64,000 bases of DNA from Monocercomonoides exilis PA203 (Eukaryota; Protista; Preaxostyla): contig LSRY02000024.1 of the NCBI GenBank assembly GCA_001643675.2, positions 868,001 to 932,000 on the forward strand. The letters run 5' to 3'. The first letter of the stretch is position 1. Every line of letters begins with the position of its first letter. This document shows positions 12,740-24,104 of this stretch, in pieces. The translations under genes were made by a program, and so were the position numbers. The notes below the pieces were generated by a model, which worked only from the letters and a program-made list of their open reading frames with translations, had not been told where the DNA came from and did not search any database.

Positions 12740-13708
12740 ATGGCAGAAGAAAAAAAGTTGATCTGCATTTTAAATTGTGAAGATCATCCTCATTGGGAAA
12801 AATACACAGTTGAATTGCTTGGGAATTCTTTTAACTACATAACATATCAAGTCACAAAATCCAATTATCCTCCGTTGGAAGAAACAGCTCGTTTTGATGG
12901 GTTTATTATCAATGGTTCACTTTCAGCTGCTTATGAAACTGAAAAAGAATGTCCAGGGACATGGGTTCCTCGTTTTGGACAATACGTGAGAGATCTTGTT
13001 GGGGTTATCCAACAAAGAAACGAAACTTCTCTGAAAAAGCAAAGATTGGTTGGTATTTGCTTTGGACATCAAATAATTGCACACTATTTGGGAGGGAAAT
13101 GTGAAAAAATGGAGCATAGGCAATACGGTCTTCAGCCACTAATTCTTGAGCCAAAGTATGCTTTTGCCTCGCCTTTCTTTCTTCAATTTTTTTTAAAACT
13201 CAAAATTGCTTTATTTTTTATTTTTGTTTTTTGTCTAACAAAAAAGTTTTTTCAAAATTCCTTCTGTTCATATAGCTTTTAAAAATATATACAATCTTCA
13301 AACACCAATTGAACCCTCTGATCTCCCTCAACTTGCACCGATTGAAACACATGGAGATTGCGTGTCAAAGTTACCACCTTCTGCGAACCTAATTGCAAAA
13401 AGTGAAAATACTCAAATTGAAGCTTTTTCTATTGGTGAGAGTATTCTAAGTTTGATGTTCTTCTTCTTTTTGTGCACAAAGAAATTATCACATTTTTTCC
13501 ACTTAAAATCATTTTTCCTTAAAAAATTTCAGCAACACAATTTCATCCTGAATTCACAAACGACATTGTGGAAAATGAACTTATTCCACATATAAAGCAC
13601 GTTTATCCATCATTTGTTCCTCTTCCACCTGAAACATCATTCAAGGTTTCCGAAGATACGAGCAGATTTTTCATATCCTTGGTTCGTTCATTTTTGGCTG
13701 GCTTATAG
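12740..13708 (+). CDS. Class I glutamine amidotransferase-like protein (stand-alone GATase1); introns 13156..13246 and ~13450..13532
   Basis: Oxyanion strand IINGS, nucleophile elbow GICFGHQ, ETHGDCVSKLP and, after splicing, TTQFHPEF, completing the Cys-His-Glu triad. A CTAAC branch point lies just before the first acceptor. Confidence 0.88.
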
Positions 13709-13938
13709 ACAAATATCCAATTTGATTTCGTCTAATTGTTAATTTTGTTTTGAGAAAAAACAAAAAGGAAAATAAAAATGAAAAATAGTAAAATAAACTG
13801 AAATGGCTCCAATTTTTTATGGAAGAAGATATGAATGAATGTGATTGGAATTGAAATTAAAACTTTGCCCTTGTGGCAGTTTTTCCTAATTTTTCATTAT
13901 GCTCATATGCTCTATGGAGAACTTTTTGTTCAGATTTT

Positions 13939-14380
13939 TTAGGATGATCCACATCGAAGCTGTACAATTGTTGAACGCCTCCGTCTGCTGGATCTTCTTT
14001 CAAGTAAAGACCAGAACTAGTAACGCGGAAAATATCTTTTCTCGGAGAGTCATCTTGCCCCTAACGATGTTACATATTTAGAAGATAATAATTAATAGAA
14101 AAAACAAAATCACAAATATTTTATAACAAACCTTTGGATATTTTGTAGTATAATTATAACCTCTTCTTGTTGGAATCACTGTAGCGCGTTTCCAGGTATA
14201 TCCTTCGGATTGAATAGGAACTGAAGTTAAAGGAGTTGGTCTTTCAACATCAGTTTCAAGTTGTTGCATTTTAGCAATATCTTCGTGCCTTTTGCAGCAA
14301 TATCCATTGAATAAATCGTTGTCAACCGGTTGGGAGCAATCCTTCAATTTACAAATTCTTGGGGGATCTTTAAATGGCAT
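13939..14380 (-). CDS. Small hypothetical protein with N-terminal Cys/His cluster and basic C-terminus (2 exons)
   Basis: CKLKDC...GYCCKRH. A phase-0 intron (AAG|GTTTGT...TTAG|GGG) leads to GQDDSPRK...RRSSRRRRS...CGSS-stop. Confidence 0.55.
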
Positions 14381-14639
14381 TGCAAATGATTTTTATATGA
14401 TATGTGTGGAGGAAAAAAAGTCAGAAAATAAACAGTTAATTTTAGCCCATAATATATGAAGAGCATTCATGGAACAAACTTCAAGCAGTTTGATGAAGAA
14501 TGTCAGAATAGCACATTTTCATAATTTGAAATACAAATATGATAAATGGAAACATATGTTAACGGAGATTTCCCATAATTATATTTTCAATCAATAATCG
14601 TATTGGGAGAATATCAAATTTTCTATCTATACATTATAA

Positions 14640-16451
14640 ATGGCTTTGTTATTGCAAAGCAACGATTCTAAAACTGAATTAAATGCTTCTCATTCCCAAG
14701 AGTCGCAACCAAACGAAGAAATTGATGATTTTTTATTTGGGTTCATTTTTGATGAAGATGTTGAGGATTCAAAGCAAGATGTGTTTTTGGATGAAGATGA
14801 AGCTTCTATTCTATTACAATTTCCAAGCGCAAGCAGAAGGTATGTTCGAACCGAGCTCACAGACATGGGAATTTCACGACAAAGAGTCAAACTCATTTTG
14901 ACAAAAATGACAAAGAATATGCTTATGTGGCCAAGAGCAGATGAATTTATTCCACATGCAGAAAATGTGAATTTTGAAAAATGGGGAAAGACAGTTACAA
15001 CACCGAATACAAAGAAGGCCCAACTGCTTATTTCTTTTCTTCAATCATGGTTAAATAACAGTTCTATTTCTGGAGATATGATTGAACAAATTTTCAAAGA
15101 AAACAATTGGAATTCTTATGATTCAATTCAAAAGTTATTAGACAACAGAACTGAAATTAAAAAAGCCTTACGAAAGAAACATTTTCAACAACGAGATGAT
15201 TCAAAGGAAAACATCTTACCATCTATAGAAAAGATACAGCACGACGAACGCATTGCCGAACTTTCGGTAATAAATTCCATTGATTTCAGCGAGCAGGAGC
15301 CTTCAGTGCTCGAAGAATTGGAATGGCTTAAGTCGATTATCGTTCGAAGTCTGAAAAATGAAGATATTTTTTGGAAGCGAAGAGAGCAACTTTTCAACAT
15401 TCATTCAAGTGAAATTGGTGAAAGTGATCAAGAGGCAGAAAAATTGGAGGAAAAAAGCATTGATATAGCGGATGAGGTTGTGTGCAAGGAGTGTTGGCAT
15501 GGAATGACAAGAAAGGAGTTGGTAACATGCGAGCATGGTCATCAGAGCTGCCCTTTCTGTTTGGCAGAGAAAGCTCGTATTGGCTTGCAACAAGATAACT
15601 GCCAAATCTCTTGCATAATGTCGAGTTTTATAGATTTGTCTTCGACATCGTCTTCATCTGCTTCTTCTTCGACCTCTTCAACTGAATCACCTTCATCGTC
15701 TACCTCTTCCTCTTCTTCATCAATTGAAAACCCTAAGTGTGATGCCATAATCGATATGTGCTTTTATCGTTCAGCATTGTCTCCATGGGAATGGGAGCAG
15801 CTGGAAAAGCAGCGCCTAATCTATGAGGTTCAGAGATCTGGTCTTGATGGAATCACCACTTGCCCGTTTTGCAATTCAATTTATTCCATAGAGCCGAAAA
15901 GCTGTATTTCCGAGATCACATGCCGGAATATTTACTGCCAGCGGAGATGGTGCAGATTCTGCAGAGGACAAGTGTCTGCTGCTAATTTTCCGCATCGGTG
16001 CAGCCAGATGACAGATTGGGGCAAAAAGGAGCTCGGAGATTTCATCGTACAGGAAAAACAAGGTTCAGCAAATTCTCAAAAGGAATCGCCAAAACATTTT
16101 TCCTGTGGAAACTGCAACGGACCAATGAACAACCTGTCAAAGTGCAACAGGGCGATTTGCTCTAAATGCGGATGGAGCTGCTGCATGATTTGTGGGGAAG
16201 AATGCTCTTCTGGTTTGAATGCTGCCTCTGGAGCCAAAGAGCCTGGCTCATCAAACCCATTTGCCCATTTTTCGCAAGGACTGTGTGCACTCTTTTCTTG
16301 TGGAGATAGGGAAATCGACAAGGATCTCATTTTGACAAAAATAGCAGAACATAAATGGAAGAAGGTGTATCAGAACTTCAATTACATAAATTTGAACATG
16401 GTCATGGACTCTATTTCAAAAGTACCAGTGGTCCAGGAGACTAAAATATGA
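14640..16451 (+). CDS. RBR-type (RING1-IBR-RING2) E3 ubiquitin ligase, RNF216/TRIAD3-like
   Basis: RING1 CKEC...CEHGHQSCPFC...C; IBR CPFC...CRNIYC..WCRFC...HRC; RING2 CGNC...KCNRAICSKCGWSCCMIC...HF..CALF, including the catalytic-position Cys. Confidence 0.88.
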   Translation: MALLLQSNDSKTELNASHSQESQPNEEIDDFLFGFIFDEDVEDSKQDVFLDEDEASILLQFPSASRRYVRTELTDMGISRQRVKLILTKMTKNMLMWPRADEFIPHAENVNFEKWGKTVTTPNTKKAQLLISFLQSWLNNSSISGDMIEQIFKENNWNSYDSIQKLLDNRTEIKKALRKKHFQQRDDSKENILPSIEKIQHDERIAELSVINSIDFSEQEPSVLEELEWLKSIIVRSLKNEDIFWKRREQLFNIHSSEIGESDQEAEKLEEKSIDIADEVVCKECWHGMTRKELVTCEHGHQSCPFCLAEKARIGLQQDNCQISCIMSSFIDLSSTSSSSASSSTSSTESPSSSTSSSSSSIENPKCDAIIDMCFYRSALSPWEWEQLEKQRLIYEVQRSGLDGITTCPFCNSIYSIEPKSCISEITCRNIYCQRRWCRFCRGQVSAANFPHRCSQMTDWGKKELGDFIVQEKQGSANSQKESPKHFSCGNCNGPMNNLSKCNRAICSKCGWSCCMICGEECSSGLNAASGAKEPGSSNPFAHFSQGLCALFSCGDREIDKDLILTKIAEHKWKKVYQNFNYINLNMVMDSISKVPVVQETKI

Positions 16452-16741
16452 TTTATATAAGATGTTGAATAATAATTTGTTATTTAGAGTTTTTCGCGCA
16501 TTGTATTTGACTCATTGTTAATGCTCGTTGAGATTATTTGCTTAATTTTTTGTTTAGGATTATTTGATAAAGTTTTTTTGTTATTTCGAATTTTATATTT
16601 TTTTCGTTTTAATAATTGGCTTTTTGCATTTCATTTCTGAATTGTCGGAAATATTCATGATATAGGATTTGTTATTTGTGCTTTATGCTTTTAAAAGAAA
16701 AATAATTGCTTAAAGTGAGAAAAAAATTTTTTTTACAAAGT

Positions 16742-17405
16742 TCAATCTCCAATAATCTGATCCAAATATTTTTCAAATGCATGTGGATTCGAAGGAGGAA
16801 GTTCATGAAATGTGGTACTTGGGAGAAGTCGTAATTCCTGTTTATGAAAAAAAATGTGAATGCGAAAAATCAAATCAAGAAAAAATTTGCAATAATCAAA
16901 GCACACATCAATAAGACTTGAACAAGTTGCTGAAATGAGATGACCATCTTTTTTCAATGCTGTTGCTAATTCGCTTTGATGATTATGCAACAAAGTTTCA
17001 TTGATTACAACAACAAGTGGCTTATGAAAGCCTAACACTTCAATAATAGTTCCAGCCCCGCTATGACTAATTACAAGATCAGATGACTGGATGTCTTCTA
17101 ACAAAGATGATTTAAATTGGTAAACTTCAACGGAAAAGCCAGGAGATCTATTTAATTTGAAACGGATGCAAAAATTAAGACCAAATCAAACAAGCGTAAA
17201 TAAGATATAACCTTCGAGCAAGTAGATGTGTGGGTTGATATTCACTGTTCCCTTTTTGTATAATTAATCGGGAACACTTCAAAAAAATTAGAGTGTGAAA
17301 AAAAGCATCCGTATCGATGGTTTCAATAAGTTGTTCGAATTTTGTTGTTCCAACAGTTATAAATATTGTTGGAAACTCTTTCTTTGTTGGTCCAGATCCA
17401 CTCAT
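16742..17405 (-). CDS. ALG13: UDP-GlcNAc transferase subunit ALG13 (3 exons)
   Basis: IFITVGTTKFEQLI, LIIQKG, spliced YQFKSSLLEDIQSSDLVISHSGAGTIIE, and KPLVVVINETLLHNHQSELA. Confidence 0.93.
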
Positions 17406-17635
17406 AGTCAGATTTATGTGATGCAAATAAATAAATAAATAATTATGGTTGTCATTAATGAAAAAAAAAATGAATAAACTCCTTCAAAAGAAAATTCTTT
17501 GCTTTACATATTTCATTTTATTTATTTTTTCAACAAGTTAACAATAAAACAAATAAGCCAACCAACAAATAATAAATAAAAAAATATATCGTTATTATCA
17601 ATTTTATGTGTTATCAATTCTTTATTGCAAAGTTG

Positions 17636-19490
17636 TTACAATTTTTTCATTGAATGAATCTGTACAATAAATTTTTTTGCTTCTAGAGCAATAGACGTAT
17701 CAGGATGATGGAATAGACCATAAAGGGCATCAAAACAGCCTTCGCTTTCAAATCTTTCCAAAATCATCCGTAAGAAATTTCTGGCTGAAAGTGCTGAATT
17801 CCCTTTCATGAGTCGAAATAACGTTGAGAAGCAGTTAATGCTTAATTCAATGGTCAAAGAATCAGTTTCTCTGATGCAACAATTAACTTTGTTCAATTGT
17901 TCCAATTCTCTCAATTGTGTAACAGTGGGTGATGAAAACAATTCATTTTCTTTCTCCCGTTCAGTTGACTTGCGACGAGGCGATTCTGCTTTCTTTTTGT
18001 CTATTTCCTCTATTACAACGTTATCATTTGTAATTCTATTATTCCATCTCGATGATGTCCAGTCAGTCTCTACACACTGTTCCCCAATGATTTTCTCCAT
18101 CAACAGCTCAAACAACCCAAGAGATCCCATTTCCTGAACACGCTTCACAGATCCAGATGTAATTAACAGAAGAATGAGCGAAACACAGATCACTCTCCAT
18201 CTTGCCGAGAACGCCCCACGAAGCAGTAAGCAGATACATCTGAATATCAATGGGTTGCTGTATAAATATTGAGCTCCGTATATACTCCAGGTACACAAAC
18301 TTCTAGTGATGCAAAGCCCGTCCTCAACCATGCTCATGAAATCATTTTCTTCAGTTGCCGTGAGTTTTTCATTTACTATCGCGTTCTGTAAAGATGTGTA
18401 ATCTTCTGTGTCTGAATCATCTTTCAATGCTAACTGATCCGCTTTGTTTATATTTTGTAACATTTGATGACTTTGCTGCATCAGCATCACTCCGGCAAAA
18501 AGCGAGTTTTCACAAAAGTCTGAAATCCAAACACGTTCATCCTGCTCTTTTTGCAAATTTTGCTTCGATTTGCTCGTCGAATCTTTTATGCGCCTCCTTT
18601 CCTTTATCTCTTCTTTAATTTCAGTAATAGCAAGTTCTTTAACATCTACAAGAACTCTCAGAAAATGTGATGCTCTGTATTTTATTGAAGGATTATTTCG
18701 TGTTGTGAGAAATAGAGTTGGAGCAAGACATTGTCTCCTGGCAAGAAAAGGAAGTGTACTTTTTGAATGTCCAATACACTCTAAAGCGTAAAGTGTTTCC
18801 ATCTCAACCCAAGGCTGATCCGGAACTTTCTGAAGCAAATCAAGTTTTGCCGTAAAGCACGACACAATAATTCGAAGCAAAGTTGATTCAAACTCTCTGG
18901 CAATATTGAGAAAAGAATATATAAGACAAGAGTGAAAAAGTTTATTCTCAGAAGTTGTGGTCCTTCGAATATCTTTTTCCAAAATTAGCAATATTGACGA
19001 TATAGTTTCACTGCACGAATGTGGAAAAGAATTTTCAGCATTTGAAGATAGTGCAGATAGATATGTTAATGAGCTAAAAAAGATTAAACAACTGAGCTGA
19101 AGTTGCTGAGATCCATGATTAAGGATATCAAGTACACGTAAAAAGAAATCCTCATCGCAATATTGCAAAAAATCAGTAAATTGAAGTTGCTTTATGCGCA
19201 AAGAAAGCATCGCAATTACAGAAATTACTTCTTCGTCGGTTCCAAAAGTGAAAGTCTTAAATAACTCTAAAAATAAAAAGTTATTATTTTATAAAATTAT
19301 CATATATTACGTCATGATAATCATACGATGAATTTGACTCTTTCAAATAAAACCAATTGAATATTAATTATTTGCAAAATTTCAAGCAAATATGTTTTAT
19401 TTATAAATATATTATTCAATTATAATTTACCTCATTAGATGATGTTTCATTTTCACCTATATCATAATTTTCATGTTGATATTTTATCAT
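17636..19490 (-). CDS. Hypothetical ARM-repeat-like protein; small 5' exons (19210-19490) uncertain
   Basis: 524-aa Leu-rich helical ORF ending in an importin-alpha-like motif FESEGCFDALYGLFHHPDTSIALEA. Candidate upstream exons start at ATG 19490, but I could not resolve their phases. Confidence 0.6.
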
Positions 19491-19663
19491 TCACAAAAAA
19501 AATTTTTTATGACGTATAACTTTTTTTTCGAAAGATCAACACAAATTTTTGATTTTTGAAAATACAAAGAGAAGCACATTTGTTGTTTAAAAAGAATACA
19601 TAAACGAAAGGAAACAAAACTCTCATAAATTTATAAAAGGTGCAAAGATCAAAAAGATAAACA

Positions 19664-20230
19664 ATGAAATATTTTCTAGCAGGAATTGTTTGCGCTAATT
19701 TAATACAATGAAATAGAGACTTGCTAATCATGTCTTTAATTGTGTTATAGATGCAGGGAAACCTTCAAACTGGGATGGTATCTCAAGATTATCGAAAAGA
19801 GCTTGCTGGTGATGCATATTTAATTTGTTGTTTTTATTGAAATAACATTATTTTGATAGAGCTTATAAAATCTTTAGATAAGGAAGCTGATATTCATGAT
19901 CCGTTGAATGTTTGCGAACATCCTGACAAACTTGAAAAAATTGACGAAATTAGGGAAGTATTTGAATATAATGTGAAAAAAGCAGGCGAAGCAGATATAG
20001 TGATCGCGTACATACCAATTGCTAGCATGGGAACAGGATTGGAAATGTTAGAAGCTTATAAAGCAGGAAAAACAGTCTTCACAATTTCGCCTTTAAAAAC
20101 GAATTGGACTGTAAGGCTTTATTCAACTCAAATATTCGAGACAATGAAAGATTTCACTGAATTTTTTAAAACAAAATTTATTGATGGAATCTATGTTGAT
20201 TCTGTTAAATCTTCAAGCACTCCGCAATAG
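19664..20230 (+). CDS. Nucleoside 2-deoxyribosyltransferase / NMP N-glycosidase-fold protein, bacterial type (exons 19664-19687, 19751-19808, 19860-20230)
   Basis: Spliced product MKYFLAGIMQGNLQTGMVSQDYRKELAELIK...DPL...ADIVIAYIPIASMGTGLEMLEAYKAGKTVFTISPLKTNW. It has the family motifs xLAG, AD-hhh and SxGTxxE, and both introns are GT-AG with consistent phase. Confidence 0.8.
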
Positions 20231-20432
20231 ATCTGCATTTTACATTTTTTACTTGACATTTTGTAATTATTAACTTTATTTAAAAGAAAACAAACATAAA
20301 AGTATTCTTTTTTACATATTTTTTGAATGATAAACAAAATCATTAAGTGTACTGAAAAAAGAATGGTTGTATTTTAATTTTAAAGTTCTGCTTTCATTTG
20401 TTTGGTCATTATTGGTGATTTATCGAGATAAT

Positions 20433-23400
20433 ATGAATGACCTCAGCATTTCCACGCTCAGAACAGAAAACGAGCAGCTGAAGCAACAACTAGAAAGCGT
20501 AAACTTCGTTCAACAAGAACTTCTTGAAGCTCGCCAAGCTGCTCTGGAACAAGTGGAAGTATAACATTTATTTTATTTTTATGCTTTATTATAATGAATT
20601 TATGAACAGAAATCTCATAGAGAATGCCTAAACCTCCAGGATCAGATTAACAGATTGAAATCATCAAACGATTCACAACAACTCATCTCAGTTTTACGAG
20701 GTGAACTTGAAAAATATAAACAACTTGCACTTAAATTCGATGGGATGAGAGCTGATATTCAGCAAGAAAGATTCGAAAAAGATGGACTTATTTATCGCTT
20801 AAAGACGGAAAACGAAGATTATCTTGCAAGGATAAATCAAAATGAATCGAAAATAGCAGAAGATATTGCAGAAATTGAAACGTTAAATAAGAAATTGAAC
20901 AGGCAGATTCGAGAAAATTCAGATTTGAAAGAGAAGCTTGGAAAGCAAGAAATAAGAATTGAAACAATGACAAATCAATTGGAAGAAAAGATCAGCCAAA
21001 ACAAACAATCAAAAAATACAAGCGAAGTTGAATTAAACATGCTTCATGAACAAGTGTCAACACTTATTGAAGCTCAAAGAAGAATACAAAAGGAAACAGA
21101 AATTGAAAAAGAGAAACACAAAGCCGAACTGTTAACAACCATCAATGATCAAACAAAACTTTTTGAGCAGAGATTGGAAAACGAGAAGAGAAGGTTGGTT
21201 CAACAATTTGATGAGGAGAGAGAAAAATCCTCTCTTCAGATTATGGAACGAGAGGCAAAAATCAAAGAACTATCAGATAAGTACACGAATGTTGATAAGA
21301 GAAAAAATGAATTAGAAGCTGAAAAAATAGAAAATGAGAGAAGGATTCAGGAATTGACTCAGCAAATCACACAGCTCGAACAGCAGCTTTCTTCAACCAG
21401 TCGAGGAATCTCAACAGAGAACAAAGTTCTGCTTCTTCGAATCAAAACGTTAGAAGCCCAGAACGAAAAGCTCGAAAGCGGGAACAAACAGGAAAATGAA
21501 GCGAAAGAGAGGCAGATCGAAGTGTTGCAGCAGCAGAACATGGCCAGAGAGAAGGAGATAGCGGTGTGTGAGCAGCGTGCGCAGCGAGCAGAAGAGGAGT
21601 CAGCCATGTTGAGGAACGAGCTGCACAACTTTGAAGGGACGTGCGCCAAACTGACGCAGACGGTGCAGCAGCTGGAGGCTGCACGAGACGGCGACAGGAC
21701 GCCGCGGAGTGTGTGGGAGAGGACAGAAGAACTGACACGCGGTGCGGATGAGCTGAAGAGGACGGTGTATGAAAGAGAGTGCAGAGTGAAAGAACTGGAG
21801 AGAGAGAAGACGAGGTTGGAAGAGACTGCAAGCGCAATCAGGAAGGACCAGAATATGGAGCGAAAGCTGATGAGGACGGAGATAACAGAGCTGAGGAGCA
21901 GATACGACAGATTGCAGAAGGAGCACAAGAAGGTAGTAGAAGAACTTGAAGCAGCGAGGAAAGAACGTAATGAGCTGGAGAATTATATAAGGGAGCACGA
22001 AAGCACAGTTGATGAATTGAAGGAAAAAGAAGCGAAACTCAATGAAGATCTTTCTTCTGTTGTTGAGCTGAAGGCGCAGCTGGGAGAAGCATATGCGCAT
22101 ATTCAGGATGAGAAGAAAGAGGCAGCTGCTGTGGTTGAGCAGCTTCGTCTGCAGCAGAGCAATTTGGAAGAAGAGCTGTTTCTTCTTCGCGACGAGCGGG
22201 CAGAGGAGACGAGGCAGGCGAAGGCGGAGCTGGCTGCGAAGGATGGGAGGATCCTGTCGCTGCAGCAGAATGTGGCGCAGCTGAAGGCGACGGCCGAGCT
22301 GATGGAGGCGCAGCTGCAGGATGCGCAGAAGGAGGCAGAGAAAGCAGAAGGGGAACTGAGGAGGCTGAGGGCAGCACATGCGAAAGTGGCGGATGGGAGA
22401 CGAATGTTTGAGACAGAAGCAGACAAGTTCCGCATCGAAGCTGAGCAGCTGGCGGTGTCGAAGGCGTTTCTGGAGAAGGCGCTGGGGGCTGCGAAGAGCG
22501 AGCTGCAGGCAGCGAAGGAGAAAGGAGAGAGGGAGATTGAGCTGCTTCAGACAGAAGTGAGGCATCTGAAGGCGCAGTTGACTGACGCGGCTGCGCTGGC
22601 GGAGTCTCGGGCGAAGCGGCTGAAGGAGTTGGAGGGATTGTTTGACCAGGCGAATCAGAGGACGAAGATGCAATTGCAGCAGCGCTTGAATGAGCAGAAA
22701 GCAGCAAACACTTCGTTTGCTGTTGCAACTCATTCGTCACAAGCTTTGAACAAACAGGATTCTTTTATACGCTCTTCGCAAAGAATGCCTTTGCCTCAAC
22801 AAAATATTTCAACTATTTTGAAACCAAACTCAAATTCCTCCTCCTCCTCCTCTTCATCTTCTTCGTCTTCATCTTCATCGTCATCATCAACTCTCCTCAG
22901 ATCTTCTGTCACTTCTTCTTCAATTGCATCTTCACACATACCCAACTCTTCTTATTCGAAATCTCCATCTCACAAGTCAATTCTCCGAAAACAGCACTTC
23001 ATCTCCAACAAATCACGTGCCATGCCTTCCCTTTCACATATTTCTGCGCTTATTTCTTCGTCTCCCTTTTCAGAAGCACCTGCAACTCCCCAGGCGAATA
23101 ATCAAACCCCGCCTCCTCACTCACAAAAACATGTTGTCTACACACCTCTCCCTTCCTCAAGACCAACAAGTGTATCATCATCAGATCTGACACCTTCAGC
23201 CAAAGCCACTCCAACAGTTGCTTCTCTGTCTCATGTTGGTTCTGATGATTCTTCCCTTTCTGCTCCTGAATCTGCACTAAAACCGTCGTCGTCGTCATTA
23301 TCATCATCATCATCTTCTTCTTCATCTTCAACTTCCTCTTTTCAATCATCCAATTCCACATCAACACCTCCTGCTTCATCATCATCATCATCAACATCAT

Positions 23401-23789
23401 CATCTCCATCCACATTACCACATCAGCAATTCTCCTCCCACCTTCTGGGCACGCCTGCTTTTTCAACCCCGACAACATCTGCGCCACTTTCAGACATTCA
23501 ACAGCGTCTGGACGAGCTGCGCAGTCGCCAGCTGCTCCAAAGGAATCGACAACCAGCTTTTGCATTCCATTCTTCCACTCCTGTGAAGAACACATCGACT
23601 TATTCACCTCCTCCATTTCAGTCTTTTTCTTCTTCCTCCTCTTCTTCTTCAACTGACTCAACCTCAGCAGCCAGCCGCATTCTGCAGACGCCATCGACTC
23701 CAGCAACATCATCATATTCTCCATCAACTCCTCCAACATTGATGTCTCTTCGAACGATGCAAAGGAAATGGAGGGAAGCTTCCTCTTAA
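20433..23789 (+). CDS. Long coiled-coil protein with Ser/Pro-rich tail (possible cytoskeletal/basal-body protein); one short intron at ~20555-20609
   Basis: About 700 aa of E/K/Q/L/A heptad-rich sequence followed by a low-complexity tail. The upstream exon MNDLSISTLRTENEQLKQQL joins in phase 0. Confidence 0.75.
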
Positions 23790-24104
23790 TCAGTTTTATA
23801 ATCTTCATGTTGTATTATTTTTTTCGTTGATAATGTCAGTTATGAAAAAATCATACAGTATTTGATAATAATCAATCATTTTAATTTTGTTCTATTTTTA
23901 ATTGAAACGTGTTCGCTTTTTTTTTATTTTCTTTTTTATCCTAAAATAAACTTACTGATTTAACATGTTTGATGAAAGACGAGAAAAACTTGTGTGATTG
24001 AGTGCAATAGCATCAATCCAGAAATGAGAAGGAAATGAAAGAGAAAATTTAAAGACGAAAATAACGTGCAAAATAATAAGAAGTGAAGAATGAGTATGCT
24101 GAGC

